Below, piece after piece: positions 35,802 through 46,780 of a DNA stretch of 64,000 nucleotides. Location of the stretch: positions 8,496 through 72,495 of the forward strand of contig JAQTMH010000003.1 of NCBI GenBank assembly GCA_028714495.1. Direction: 5' to 3'. The position numbers and the translations under genes are program-made. The notes below the pieces were generated by a model that saw nothing but the letters and a program-made list of their open reading frames with translations, did no database searches and was not told the origin of the DNA. Origin of the DNA: Patescibacteria group bacterium (GTDB taxonomy: Bacteria > Patescibacteriota > Patescibacteriia > JAHIZJ01). The number at the start of each line of letters is the position of its first letter. Positions within the stretch are counted from its first letter, which is position 1.

Positions 35802-36209
35802 TTAATTAGCTGAAATCATTGACTCTTTGAGATTCGCAAGCCTGTTTTTTAAACTGGCGTCAATTAACAGGTCTGGGAATCTCACCATAATCCCGCCCAA
35901 AAGCGTTGCATCAATACTTTCGTTTAACCTGACGGTTTGCTTCAATAATTTGGCCAAGGCTTCTTCGATTATTTTCTTGTCCCGGACTGACAGCGCCTGG
36001 GCTGTAACCAGCTCTCCTTCTGTAATATTTTCCTTGATCAATGAATAGCGGTGGAATTCTGCGGCGATTCTCTCAGCCAAGGATATTTGATTTCGATCAG
36101 CCAGCAGATGCACGAACTTTTTCATGACAGCATCAATTTCCTGATGAGTCAGACCCTCAGTCAATTCATAGAGAAGAATCGCGTAGTGTTTTGGGGTGAT
36201 TCGCTTCAT
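35802..36209 (-). CDS. atpH: ATP synthase F1 delta (short form)
   Basis: LLGGI...IDASL C-terminus; operon position. Confidence 0.9.
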   Translation of the reverse strand: MKRITPKHYAILLYELTEGLTHQEIDAVMKKFVHLLADRNQISLAERIAAEFHRYSLIKENITEGELVTAQALSVRDKKIIEEALAKLLKQTVRLNESIDATLLGGIMVRFPDLLIDASLKNRLANLKESMISAN

Positions 36210-36712
36210 GCTCTATTTTTCATTACCTCGGCTAAAGCCGACTCAATTAATTCCCGGTCCTTTTTCTCGTCTAAACGCTCTTTCAGTACCTTTTCCGCGG
36301 CCTGAACCACCAGATCAGCGACTTCAGCCCGGACTTCCTTCACCAGGGCGACTTTTGCCTTGGCCAGCTCTTCTTTGGTCCGGCGGACGATTTCCTCCAC
36401 TTCCTTATTGGCCGCCTGGAGTTTTTCCTGCCGCATATTTTCGCCTCTTAAGGTTACTTCTTCGAGAATCCGCTGCGCTTGTTTCCTCGCCTCTCTCAAA
36501 ATTTCATCTTTTTTACTGTTGGAAATCGCGAGATTCTCTTCGATCTGCTTGGCGTCAGTCAGGCTTTTGGCGATAGTTTCCGTCCGTTTATTCAGCATTC
36601 GAAGAATCGGCTTGTAAGCGTACCGGTAAAGGACAAACAGCAATATGCCAAAATTAATTATCTGAGCAATTATTAAGCGCCAGTCAATACCCAGTTTTTC
36701 TATTAGTTCCAT
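36206..36712 (-). CDS. atpF: ATP synthase F0 b
   Basis: QIINFGILL TM plus coiled coil. Confidence 0.95.
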   Translation of the reverse strand: MELIEKLGIDWRLIIAQIINFGILLFVLYRYAYKPILRMLNKRTETIAKSLTDAKQIEENLAISNSKKDEILREARKQAQRILEEVTLRGENMRQEKLQAANKEVEEIVRRTKEELAKAKVALVKEVRAEVADLVVQAAEKVLKERLDEKKDRELIESALAEVMKNRA

Positions 36713-36790
36713 TGATATAACATCTTAATTGTTAACAAATCTGATCGGCCGCCGGTTTTATCCCGACAGCCAATCGTCATCTATCAGCAA

Positions 36791-37018
36791 TTAAACGAAC
36801 TTGATTATCAAGGCTACCACCAGCGCGTAAATCGCGATAGCTTCGGCAAAAGCGATGGCAATCAACATCGGCACTTGGATTTTTGAAGCTGCCTCGGGAT
36901 TTCGGCCGATCGATTCCATGGCTTTAGCCGCCAATTTGCCAATGGCCATAGCCGGCGAGAATCCGCCGATCGCGATGGTCAGGGCCGCGGCCCACATTTT
37001 TACTGATTCTGGTTCCAT
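36791..37018 (-). CDS. atpE: ATP synthase F0 c
   Basis: RNPEA loop, FAEAIAIY. Confidence 0.97.
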   Translation of the reverse strand: MEPESVKMWAAALTIAIGGFSPAMAIGKLAAKAMESIGRNPEAASKIQVPMLIAIAFAEAIAIYALVVALIIKFV

Positions 37019-37110
37019 TTTTTTAGTTCCTTATTGGCACCGGTATGGCTTACGACTAGGTAGGTTGTTTAAAGTCGGCCAAACTGATGCCGTTTAATTA
37101 ATATTAATTA

Positions 37111-37842
37111 TCAATGCGGCTCCATTGACGCCACCTTGAAAAATACCAGCGTTAATACGGCGAAGACGAAAGCCTGAATCGCTCCGACAAACAGCTCAAG
37201 AAAATAAAACGGCAGCGGCACCACGTAAGGTATCAAGGACGAAACGATCACCAGCAATACTTCGCCGGCAAAGATATTTCCGAACAACCGGAAAGAAAAC
37301 GATACCAGAACCGCGAATTGATCGATAAACTCCAAAATCCCGATAATCGGGTTTTTGAAATTCAAAAAACGCTTTGAGTATTTGATTACGCCGATGGCCA
37401 TAATTCCGAAAATCTGGGTCATCACAACTGAAATTACGGCCAGAGCTACTGTGACATTCAAATCTGAATTTACCGTGCGCAAAAAAGGCAAAAACGTAGT
37501 TTCGCCGTGCTCCACCTCGTTAATCCCGATCGTGCCAAATCCCGGCAAAATACCCATCCAGTTGGAGGTGATGATAAATAGAAAAATAGTCATCACCCAG
37601 GGGAAAAATCGGATTGATTGCGCCCTGTCCTGGGTCACGCCATCCATCAGTTTCAAAAATGCCTCGATCACAAACTCAAAAACATTCTGAATCCCTTTTG
37701 GTATGGCCTTCAGCCCCTTGGCCTGGAGTCTGGCTGTCGAAGAAACCAAAAACAGCACGCTAACCCAAGAAGCGATCAGGGTGTTGGTAATCGGAAATCC
37801 TCCTAAGTGGAATATCGGCTCAGCCGCTAAAGAAATTGTCAT
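37111..37842 (-). CDS. atpB: ATP synthase F0 a
   Basis: SFRLFGNIFAGE, IQAFVF. Confidence 0.97.
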   Translation of the reverse strand: MTISLAAEPIFHLGGFPITNTLIASWVSVLFLVSSTARLQAKGLKAIPKGIQNVFEFVIEAFLKLMDGVTQDRAQSIRFFPWVMTIFLFIITSNWMGILPGFGTIGINEVEHGETTFLPFLRTVNSDLNVTVALAVISVVMTQIFGIMAIGVIKYSKRFLNFKNPIIGILEFIDQFAVLVSFSFRLFGNIFAGEVLLVIVSSLIPYVVPLPFYFLELFVGAIQAFVFAVLTLVFFKVASMEPH

Positions 37843-37848
37843 ATAATG

Positions 37849-38142
37849 CTACTTTTCTTTTTTGTCTTCCTGGTTCGTTTTTGAATTGTCTTTTGGATTT
37901 CCCCGGTTTTGGGAAATGACCTTTATCGCCTTTAAATACATTCCCACTGTTGATATCCCCATCGAGAGTAATACGCCGCCCAGAAGAAACCATGGCTTAG
38001 TCCCGAGCCAGCGGTCAAGGAGCGCTCCGCCTATTGCCAAAACAACCAGCGGGATGGCGATGGTATAGCCAAGCTCCCAGGCAAATCTAACGGCCGACCA
38101 TTTTGCCTCTGCTTCACTTTTTTCTCTCTGTTCGTCAGACAT
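37849..38142 (-). CDS. AtpZ/AtpI-family protein
   Basis: GALLDRWLGTKPWF; first gene of the atp operon. Confidence 0.85.
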   Translation of the reverse strand: MSDEQREKSEAEAKWSAVRFAWELGYTIAIPLVVLAIGGALLDRWLGTKPWFLLGGVLLSMGISTVGMYLKAIKVISQNRGNPKDNSKTNQEDKKEK

Positions 38143-38723
38143 TTTTTAATAACTCATAAAAGAGTGGCTATCCACATCTTTTCCAGGGCATTTTACCTAA
38201 AACTAGCCAATGAATCAAGGGGTGTTGAATAATATGTCTAACCTTAGCCATATTTTCAATATCTTTGTGAAATATTTTTTATTTAGTAACAATTTTTCAA
38301 TATGAATATTTCATACCAAGTATCACGAACAGTTCATAATCTAATTTTTTTAGTTATAGAAATATTTTTTTGACACAAAATCTTGGCCTTGACAATAACC
38401 TAAATTTGCGATAATATTATATTATTACAACGTCCGACAGGGACGTTTTATGAATATAAAAAATAAATACCCAAACATTGCATCAGGAATTCCCAGATTC
38501 AAAGGTCGATCCTAGAAAAAGCAGCCAGAAACTATTTACCGAACTCGAGGAAGCTTTTAAAAAATTCCGTGAAGCCAGCCGCAAATTAAAAAATGAGACA
38601 AAATAAAACCACGCGCACCCGTGGGTTGTGCTCCGTTTTTTTACCATCCCCCGAGCGTAACTCCCCGCCTGCCAAAGTACGGCGGGCAGGTCCGTGGTTG
38701 CGCGATGTGTTTTCGATGTTCGA

Positions 38724-39317
38724 TTATTTTAATGTTTTGCTTATTATATCCCAATTAAAATATTGATATGGTGATTTATGATATTTGCTTGGCAATGATC
38801 CTTTTATGGGATTACGTTTGATGTAATTTAACACCGCTTTAAAATACTCATCATTATTGATAATCCGGGTATAAAAACGGCGCTGCCAAATCGTATATGG
38901 AATATCGTGTTTTTTACGCAATTCGTTGATAAAATAGGATTTGATGCCGTGTAATAAATCGGTAATATTATATCCGCCATCCTCCCTTTCCCCGTTCCGA
39001 ACGCGGGCCGCCGTGCCCGCGTTTGTTGTTTTATGTCTAACATTTTTTATTTGTCGCGCAACCACTGCGGTCATGTATGTACGTCCACGCGCAACCACTG
39101 CGGGTTGCGCTCGGGTGTTCTTCATTACCAATAAATGTATATGATCTGGCATAATTTGATACGATATGACATCAAAACACTTAATATTGCATGTCTTAAA
39201 TATTACCCTGCTTAATAAACGCGTATATTTTATATCCTCAAAAAACGGCAATCCTTCGTTTGTCCGAAACGTTACGAAATACGGATATTCATCTTGATAG
39301 ATTCTTCTTTGAGTCAT
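38724..39317 (-). mobile_element. REP-associated / IS200-like Y1 (HUH) transposase 1
   Basis: YFVTF, MPDHIHLL, WQRRFY, YIKRNP; REP-like hairpins inside and downstream. Confidence 0.88.
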
Positions 39318-39391
39318 ACAAAAAACGGCAAAGTGGTTAACTTCCCGTCATTTCTATAATATTACAAAGCGTGATTTATATCAATACCACG

Positions 39392-39940
39392 CTATATCAA
39401 CTTTGGATCCATACTCTCAAACTCATCTTTCGAAGGAATGGGTATCCCGCAATAATCAGGGTTCTTTCTCTCGCCTTTTGTGAATAGAGTGACATGGGAG
39501 ATCTGAGTGGGCAGCTTTGTCCCTAACAAACTATTGAGTTTGTTATAAAACTTCTCCATGGCCGGAAGGTATAATAACTGTATGTAAGCTTCGCGATCCT
39601 CCGTGATACTTATTTTTTCACTAAACTGGCCGCTCTTTTTAATATGATAGCGCTGGGACAGTTTAAACGACCAGTTAAGCGATTGTAATAAATCCTGGAT
39701 CTTTTTTATTAATATTTCCTGCCCTGGCTGATTAAGCTTTGCTAAAGTTTTCTTAATCGCGTCAGCACCCTCGAAACCTATCACCCTGATATGAAAATCC
39801 TTGTTTCTTTTAAATCCTTCCTGCTTCGCCCTTTCTTCAATATCTGAATATTTAATAGCGTCGAAAGCAACCGGAATCACTGCCTGATAATCAGTTTGCA
39901 GTAAAGGTTGTGAGGGAGTTTGTTTCTGCTGGTTGTTCAT
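39392..39940 (-). CDS. Hypothetical protein, possible 2H phosphoesterase
   Basis: FHIRVI and SHVTLF motifs. Confidence 0.55.
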   Translation of the reverse strand: MNNQQKQTPSQPLLQTDYQAVIPVAFDAIKYSDIEERAKQEGFKRNKDFHIRVIGFEGADAIKKTLAKLNQPGQEILIKKIQDLLQSLNWSFKLSQRYHIKKSGQFSEKISITEDREAYIQLLYLPAMEKFYNKLNSLLGTKLPTQISHVTLFTKGERKNPDYCGIPIPSKDEFESMDPKLI

Positions 39941-40191
39941 TGTTTTCGTATCAATGTCATGTTTCCCTAGCCTACTCCAAAACCCTAATAAAATCAAGCC
40001 CTATGCTATATTATTATCATAGCGCAGGCGAGTTGCTTGCCCCGAATTCATTTCGGGGTTTACGCTCGCTATCTATATTACGCGCGCCTAAAGGCGCGCT
40101 TGCGGAGTTGGTATTATTGTTTATTTGGTGTGGGGGCAAAAAGACCGCCCTCATCGAGCGGCCTTTTCTATTGTAATCCTGTCTGAATTAT

Positions 40192-40929
40192 TTAATTCAC
40201 GACAACCTGATACGCGCCGGTGGTCCAATTGGTATCGGCAAACGTTCCAGCGCAAGTTTCTGTCTCAGTTTTGTAGGTAAAATAGACTGAGCCATCGCCG
40301 ATTGTATACCCGACTGACTGCCAGACATTATTTCCTTCAGGATTTGGACCGATTATATAACTCGCGTCAGCAGCCGGCTTATAAAATACTCGGATATTGA
40401 TCGGCTCGGTAATGCTGGCCTCTGCCACCGCGACTTTTTTATAGTGGTAGTAATAATATTTGATGTATTCATCGCTATCCGGGGCAGTGCAGTCTGTTTC
40501 GTAGTCATACTTGGAAACGAAATCCCCGTCAGCAGCGAGATCGACTGTGCCGGTATATCGTTTGGTGCCCGTTACATTGTTCCCGCCGACTGTTAGCGTA
40601 CCTGCGATTTCCGCGTTGTCATTGATGATAAAAGGCTTGGTGTCGGACGTGCCCGCTTCACTCCCGCGATAGACGCGGCCGTCGATCCGGACATTGTCCC
40701 CAAAGGTCACGGGCTGGTCAGCGTTGTTCGCGCCTGTCGTGTTGTTGATGATCGTACCGTTAAAGGCGGTTACCCCGCCAGAACCCTGGGTGCCGACCTT
40801 GAGCGAGTCGACTTCGAGCGTCCCCTGCCCTTTGAACGTGCTGACGGCGCTTCTGGCGACGCTGGCTACGACAAAGACGGCCAGGACGGAGACCGCGCCG
40901 ACGATCACACTGCGTACTCGATTGTTCAT
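40192..40929 (-). CDS. Hypothetical secreted beta-rich protein
   Basis: Signal peptide, Gly/Thr-rich. Confidence 0.7.
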   Translation of the reverse strand: MNNRVRSVIVGAVSVLAVFVVASVARSAVSTFKGQGTLEVDSLKVGTQGSGGVTAFNGTIINNTTGANNADQPVTFGDNVRIDGRVYRGSEAGTSDTKPFIINDNAEIAGTLTVGGNNVTGTKRYTGTVDLAADGDFVSKYDYETDCTAPDSDEYIKYYYYHYKKVAVAEASITEPINIRVFYKPAADASYIIGPNPEGNNVWQSVGYTIGDGSVYFTYKTETETCAGTFADTNWTTGAYQVVVN

Positions 40930-41128
40930 GTGTTTCGATATTAGTTATTAATTAGCCAACAAACATGTTGATGGCCTTGGCGTTATTTCTAACGTCAATT
41001 ATATCATAAGCCAATTCAAAAAATCTGTAAACTTAATTCTTTCTAATCAAAAAAGCCGCCTGGGGGAGGGGCGAAAACTGTCTTCGACCGAGTACGGCAC
41101 AAGCTGCTGTAATTAAAGTACGGATATT

Positions 41129-43357
41129 TTACAAACTATTGTATAAATCAAGCCAATCGCCAAGATCGCCAGGTTCAAATTTTTTACTTGACTCATCAAA
41201 ATATACCCATCTTCCAGTATAATTTCTTTGATCGGTGTTTGTTACTATACCACCAAAAATCTTTTTTCCTTTTTTCTTTTCACAATATATATATTTATAA
41301 AACCCATCAATTTTTGGACCAGCCATTTGTTTTGTAAAACCTGACTTTGTGTCAAATAACCCAATTCTGCCATCCTTCAATTTTACTATAAAATCCACAT
41401 AAAAAGGTTTTTGTTCACCATTCTTGTATGGAATAGCAAAAAATATGGAATCACGATCTCCATTTTTAAACCACCATTCTATCTTATTTGAACCATTTAT
41501 ATATTCAATAAAGGCTTTTTCCGTCCTCCATTCATTCTTACTATAAAAAGGCTGCATTATTGATTTCTTTCTTTCTTCTTGTGCATAATCCTCATTAAAC
41601 CGCATAGACTTAGGTATATTCCATTTTTCTTGAACAATTAATTCACTATCCCTTTTTTCTACCTCTTTTTGGTATTCATCTTTAGTCTTACTTAAAACAT
41701 TGAGAAAATGCTTACTATTTTTTTCACTTAATACTATTTGAACAATTTCATCCCATTTTTCGGCATATTTCATTTTAAGTTCATTTTCAAAAAACTTGTA
41801 TATTGATTCTTTAACTCTACCCACTGACCGATCTTCTGGATAGAAAGGAGCCAAATTTTTTCTAACGAAGTAATCAATTAATTTCTGTAAATCAAAGCCA
41901 CTGGCTTTTATTTCCTTATTCCCCGAAATTTTCACTTTTGCCAAAATATCAATGTCTTCTGCCCGCCAGTTAGTCACTATTTTTTGATCAATTTTTTTTG
42001 ACTTGATATCTACTTTACTTTTTAAACCATACACTTTCGCAAATTTCAAAAATAACTCGATAAAAAACGGAGATAATCTAGTTTTTTCTCTATGACGCCT
42101 AGAATAATAGGATTTTAAATTAATTGGTTTATAGCTTTTTATTCTCTTACTAATATAAATTGTGATGTAATTCCTCGCGATATCTTCTTGAATTTCAATA
42201 TTATCTAAATTCGTGTAAACATAGCCGTAATTTAAAATCTCATTTGGATAGTGACCAAAATCTGGCTCGGGCATACGCATTATTCTGCCGACTGTTTGAA
42301 TAGAAAAAATTGGGCTGTGCCATTCTCTAAATAAAACCAAAATCTGCGCCCTGGGGCAGTCCCAGCCCAAAGCTATTGCCTGTTTAAAAATTAAGACTTC
42401 AACTTTACTATCATTCTTTTCAACATATTCCTTATTAACATGTTCGCCAGAAAGCCAGATAGCGAGTTTGCTATTATCCTTTTCTGTCGTAATTTTATAT
42501 TTATTTTTCAAAATACTTTCCACTCTTTCCCTTATTCTATCTTCTAAGCTTGATTTTCTGTCGGGTAATTGTATTAAAATTAATGGATTAACATTAACTC
42601 CTTCTTTTTTGAAGGCTTTTACAATTTCAATTCTTTTTTGAATAGCCGCGCCTATAACTAACTCTTCGCTGCCACCACTTAGATTTTGCGTCTTTATTTT
42701 TCCTTGCTTTATAATATTGTCAAAATTATCGTTCAGAATGACCGCCTTTTTGATCATACCATCTTTTTTTACATCTTCTAGTAATACATCAACTTGGAGA
42801 TCGCCACTTAGAACTGGCGTGGCCGAGACCTCAATCGTTAATTTAGGATTAATCATCTCAATTAAACCTTGTGAAATTTCGCTGGTGGCGTGGTGGTGGG
42901 CTTCATCAATGACCAAGATTATTTCTCTGCCTTCTTCCCTTGTATTTTCAATAACTTTTGATAAATTGAAATCTTGTTCATTGTCGCGAATATATATATT
43001 GTCTTTTTTATTAATGCTTTCCCAATTGAAAAACAAAATTTCGTTCTGATCAATTCTTATATCGTCTAAATCATCAAAATATGAACACTTTATAGCACGG
43101 CTTTTTTCAAAATAATTTTCCAGCTTCTCTTTACTTTGGATATGAAGTTGCCGGGGAGCGGTCCAAATAAAGCCGAATAATTGTTTGATTTCTCTATCAT
43201 CTGCCAATTGCTTTAAAAACTCGGCCATCATTATTGTCTTGCCAGAACCCGTGGGCGCTTTAAAAACTAATTTTTTACTACCAGAGTACTCCAAAAGTCT
43301 TTTAGTTTTGTTCATTAAATCGTCTATTGCATTTTCCTGGTATATTTTTAGTTGCAT
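41129..43357 (-). CDS. res: Type III restriction endonuclease subunit
   Basis: APTGSGKT, DEAH, GWDCP, QTVGRIMR; C-terminal VDF...DTK nuclease. Confidence 0.9.
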   Translation of the reverse strand: MQLKIYQENAIDDLMNKTKRLLEYSGSKKLVFKAPTGSGKTIMMAEFLKQLADDREIKQLFGFIWTAPRQLHIQSKEKLENYFEKSRAIKCSYFDDLDDIRIDQNEILFFNWESINKKDNIYIRDNEQDFNLSKVIENTREEGREIILVIDEAHHHATSEISQGLIEMINPKLTIEVSATPVLSGDLQVDVLLEDVKKDGMIKKAVILNDNFDNIIKQGKIKTQNLSGGSEELVIGAAIQKRIEIVKAFKKEGVNVNPLILIQLPDRKSSLEDRIRERVESILKNKYKITTEKDNSKLAIWLSGEHVNKEYVEKNDSKVEVLIFKQAIALGWDCPRAQILVLFREWHSPIFSIQTVGRIMRMPEPDFGHYPNEILNYGYVYTNLDNIEIQEDIARNYITIYISKRIKSYKPINLKSYYSRRHREKTRLSPFFIELFLKFAKVYGLKSKVDIKSKKIDQKIVTNWRAEDIDILAKVKISGNKEIKASGFDLQKLIDYFVRKNLAPFYPEDRSVGRVKESIYKFFENELKMKYAEKWDEIVQIVLSEKNSKHFLNVLSKTKDEYQKEVEKRDSELIVQEKWNIPKSMRFNEDYAQEERKKSIMQPFYSKNEWRTEKAFIEYINGSNKIEWWFKNGDRDSIFFAIPYKNGEQKPFYVDFIVKLKDGRIGLFDTKSGFTKQMAGPKIDGFYKYIYCEKKKGKKIFGGIVTNTDQRNYTGRWVYFDESSKKFEPGDLGDWLDLYNSL

Positions 43358-43361
43358 AATT

Positions 43362-44213
43362 TTATAATAACGCTTTTCCTAATCTTATTTTTGATAAACA
43401 ATTAATTAGTGTTTTAAATGTCATATAATAATTAGCTGCTATTTTAAGATAATTTGTATAAAAATCGCTAAATTGTTCGTCGCTAATGTCTTTATCTAAA
43501 AATTCTAAATCTCTATAATTTGATTTTATTCTATAGCAGTAAAAAAATTCAAAAAGATTAACTGTACTATATTCTAAAAATTCTTTTTTTTCAAGTCTAT
43601 TTTTTTTAGATCTATAATCTCTTATTTTCCTTTTTCTTTGAAAATCTTCAAGTTTATAACTAATAAGCTTTTTAAGTAATTGTGTAATTCTTTCGCCTAA
43701 ATTTATACCAATTACTTTTAGATTAGCGCCTGATTTAGCCTTATAATTCATAATTTTTAAACACTGAAAATTTGAGTTGAACATCTTTTTATTAAAAATT
43801 ATTTCTTTCCTTTCGATGTGACCCTTTAAACTTTTTATCAAGCCCTCGTGCGAACAATTAAATGAAGATTCTTGACCAGAAATAAGATATTCTAATATCA
43901 AAAATAAATTAAACATTAAATAATATATTTTTACGGCTATCCATGGTACACAAACCTCGGCAAAACCAATATTTGTTTTAATATTCTCCGATTCAAGTTG
44001 AAGGTTCTTTATTATCAATTTTATTAGATTGATCTTTTTTTTAAGAATTTTCCCTTCGTATATTTTTTTCTTAAAATCTAATTTACATTCAGCACTTAAA
44101 CCTTCGGAAATAGTGTTAAAACAGATAACATAATTCAAGTGCGTCATAAAATCCGGAGGGTGTTCTTTTTTATACTCTTCGTTTTCTTTTTCTATCCACT
44201 TACTTAAATCCAT
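43362..44213 (-). CDS. Hypothetical protein, HEPN (UPF0332)-like
   Basis: YYLMF...SHEG...YRIKSNY pattern. Confidence 0.55.
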   Translation of the reverse strand: MDLSKWIEKENEEYKKEHPPDFMTHLNYVICFNTISEGLSAECKLDFKKKIYEGKILKKKINLIKLIIKNLQLESENIKTNIGFAEVCVPWIAVKIYYLMFNLFLILEYLISGQESSFNCSHEGLIKSLKGHIERKEIIFNKKMFNSNFQCLKIMNYKAKSGANLKVIGINLGERITQLLKKLISYKLEDFQRKRKIRDYRSKKNRLEKKEFLEYSTVNLFEFFYCYRIKSNYRDLEFLDKDISDEQFSDFYTNYLKIAANYYMTFKTLINCLSKIRLGKALL

Positions 44214-44217
44214 TTCT

Positions 44218-45903
44218 TTATTTAAAAATTCTTCTATAAACTCTCAAAATTGCCTCAGGTATCGGAGATAATCTTACTTTTTGTTTTATATCTTCAAATT
44301 CTTCGTCAAATGTTTCATCGCCTAACGAAAATATGTAGACACTAAATTTACCTTTAAAATTCTTTATTACCTTCTTAAAGACGGAAATTGCCAATGGATC
44401 ATAAATTATACCAGTATAGTGATCAGTATTTTTGAAAATTTTATAATTGTTCTGGGCCAATACGGGTTTGAAAGTACCCTCTTTTACACAAAGCATCTCG
44501 GTCGCCTCGGCGGTAAGTTTAATTTTATTTTTATCTGTGGGTTCGCCATCAACAAAATCAGTTTTGAAATATTTTAGTATACCACCCAAACCTTTTATTT
44601 TTTCGCCTTTCAAATTTTCATAACCCATAATAACTTTCTTGACTCGTGGATAACAAATGTTTGTGGCTATGTCATTTTCATTGTTTGTACATAAAATAAA
44701 CTGGCGATTACCATTATCTTCTTTATTTAGTTCTAAAACCGCTTGACTAGTCGTACCTGTTCCAGCCATAAAATCCAAAATTACAGAATTTTTTTCAGTC
44801 GATAAATTCAACAAATATTTGATTAAAAGATAAGGTTTTGGATAACTAAATACTTTACCATGGAACATTTTTTCTAATTCCTTCGTAGCCATAGTGCTTG
44901 AGTATTGTGAGATTACTGCAAATGGAGGCCGTTGTCTCTCAATAGGATTATTCTCATTATCTACATTTAAATATTGCTTTGAATATACTACCCAATTACC
45001 TGATTTATTCTTATCAATTTTTATAAAGCCGTTTGCAAGACCCCACTTAACCTTTTCTTTGGACCACCTCCAACAAGCTTTTTTATGTTTGAAACTAGGC
45101 CAAATTTCTTTTCTATCGGGTGCAATAATTGGGTAGTCTAGTGATTTTGAGTACTGAATACTAGCACTATTTAGTTTAATCAATTTATGTTTTCCTCTTT
45201 CTTTTTCATATTTATCTGTATAGGTATAGGCATCTTCATCTGGAATTTTTTCTTTATTTATTAAAAATTTGGGCTTATTTTTTGCATACACCAAAACGTA
45301 TTCATGTTTAATTTTGAAGTGCTTACTATCCGAACTACCTCCACCCTCGCGATTTTCCCATACTAAAATGGCAACAAAATTATCTTCACCAAACAACCCA
45401 ATATTTTTATCATCCATTAAAAGTTTTAATTGCGCCACTTCATTATCATCTATAGAAATAAAAATTGCTCCGGTATCTTTTAATAAATATTTTGCTAATT
45501 TTAAACGTTTTTCCATAAACGCAAGCCATTTAGAATGGCGGTAGGCATCTTCTCTATCAACATAGAGGTCATTAAAAATAAAATCTTTACTACCTGTGTT
45601 ATAGGGAGGATCAATATATATGACATCAATTTTTTTGCTATGAGTATAATTCAAAACTGAAAGCGCATGATAATTATCGCCTTCAATCAATAGATTAACC
45701 GGCTTGGTTTTGTCCGTTTCAATTTCTTTGTTTTTAACTTCTTTCAATATCGGCAATTTTTCTTTACACAATTCTACCACGTCCTCCAGCTTCTCTTCCC
45801 AAACCAAACCATATTTTTTACTTTTCTTTAATTCTTTCTTCAATCGTGCCACTTCGGCAAGAAGCTTTGCTTTGGATAAATTTTTATTATCATTTGTTTC
45901 CAT
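44218..45903 (-). CDS. mod: Type III DNA methyltransferase subunit
   Basis: IEGDN, YIDPPYNTG, FSYPKP, DFMAGTGTT. Confidence 0.92.
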   Translation of the reverse strand: METNDNKNLSKAKLLAEVARLKKELKKSKKYGLVWEEKLEDVVELCKEKLPILKEVKNKEIETDKTKPVNLLIEGDNYHALSVLNYTHSKKIDVIYIDPPYNTGSKDFIFNDLYVDREDAYRHSKWLAFMEKRLKLAKYLLKDTGAIFISIDDNEVAQLKLLMDDKNIGLFGEDNFVAILVWENREGGGSSDSKHFKIKHEYVLVYAKNKPKFLINKEKIPDEDAYTYTDKYEKERGKHKLIKLNSASIQYSKSLDYPIIAPDRKEIWPSFKHKKACWRWSKEKVKWGLANGFIKIDKNKSGNWVVYSKQYLNVDNENNPIERQRPPFAVISQYSSTMATKELEKMFHGKVFSYPKPYLLIKYLLNLSTEKNSVILDFMAGTGTTSQAVLELNKEDNGNRQFILCTNNENDIATNICYPRVKKVIMGYENLKGEKIKGLGGILKYFKTDFVDGEPTDKNKIKLTAEATEMLCVKEGTFKPVLAQNNYKIFKNTDHYTGIIYDPLAISVFKKVIKNFKGKFSVYIFSLGDETFDEEFEDIKQKVRLSPIPEAILRVYRRIFK

Positions 45904-46087
45904 ATTTTCTAGGATTTCATTAAATCATCAATACCAACACCAAGCGCTAAGATGATTTTTCCCCTTTTTCATACCCCCATCATACCCCCAAACCAAGCCA
46001 AAATCAAGGGCAAAAGAAAAAAGGCCCCTCTTGATTTAGAGCGGCCTGTTGAAAAGGCTTTACGGGAATGATGTCCTGGGAACCATT

Positions 46088-46663
46088 TCACTGGCAGTCC
46101 CAACTCCAGATATCAGGATCAAACACACCGGTAATGCTGAGGCTGTCAATCATCCCAAGCGTATCAACATACGCCACGATATACACGTCGTCAAAGACGT
46201 TGTTGTACGTCGGATGGGTAATCATCTTCCAGAAAATAGTGCTGTCGCAGATGGCGCCATAGTCGGGGTAAGCAGCCTTGAATTTCGCAATCGGATCGCC
46301 CATGCGCAATCCGCTCTGCTTGACCTTGCCTGGGTAGTTCCTGGAGAAATGAAACCCTAACAATCGGTTAAACGCCCAGTAGAGATGTATGCCGCACTCT
46401 TCGCTCGCGAATTCCAGGGTATTGCCATACCCCCCGGTCCGGCCGTCCACGTAGTGGAATCCGCAATGCCCTTTGAGCGAGTGATTGTCTGGTTGGTCGT
46501 AGGAAAATCCGCCGAGACTGATATCGCTGGTAGAAAAGCTGACATCGCCGTCGCACACGTCCTTGCACGGCTCTTCTGGCTTGAAAATACTGCAGCTGAC
46601 AAGACATGCGGCAAAGATGCAGACAGCGAAAGCCATCATGCGCCGCCAGTGTCGAGAGTACAT
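46088..46663 (-). CDS. Hypothetical lipoprotein
   Basis: AGGAGGT SD before ATG 46663; lipobox LVSC. Confidence 0.6.
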   Translation of the reverse strand: MYSRHWRRMMAFAVCIFAACLVSCSIFKPEEPCKDVCDGDVSFSTSDISLGGFSYDQPDNHSLKGHCGFHYVDGRTGGYGNTLEFASEECGIHLYWAFNRLLGFHFSRNYPGKVKQSGLRMGDPIAKFKAAYPDYGAICDSTIFWKMITHPTYNNVFDDVYIVAYVDTLGMIDSLSITGVFDPDIWSWDCQ

Positions 46664-46780
46664 ACCCACCTCCTCTTTGTGCGGGTAGTTATTGCCGATA
46701 AAATGAACAGCTCCCCATCTTACCCCCATTTTATGCTAAAAGCAAGAAAAACCGCCATTCCTGGCGGCCCCTGTAATTAT

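Noticed and set aside
38450-38606. Possible small + strand ORF after a TTGACA promoter
   Set aside because: As written the ATG frame stops after 21 codons; a ~50-aa product needs a frameshift in an A-run that I cannot support
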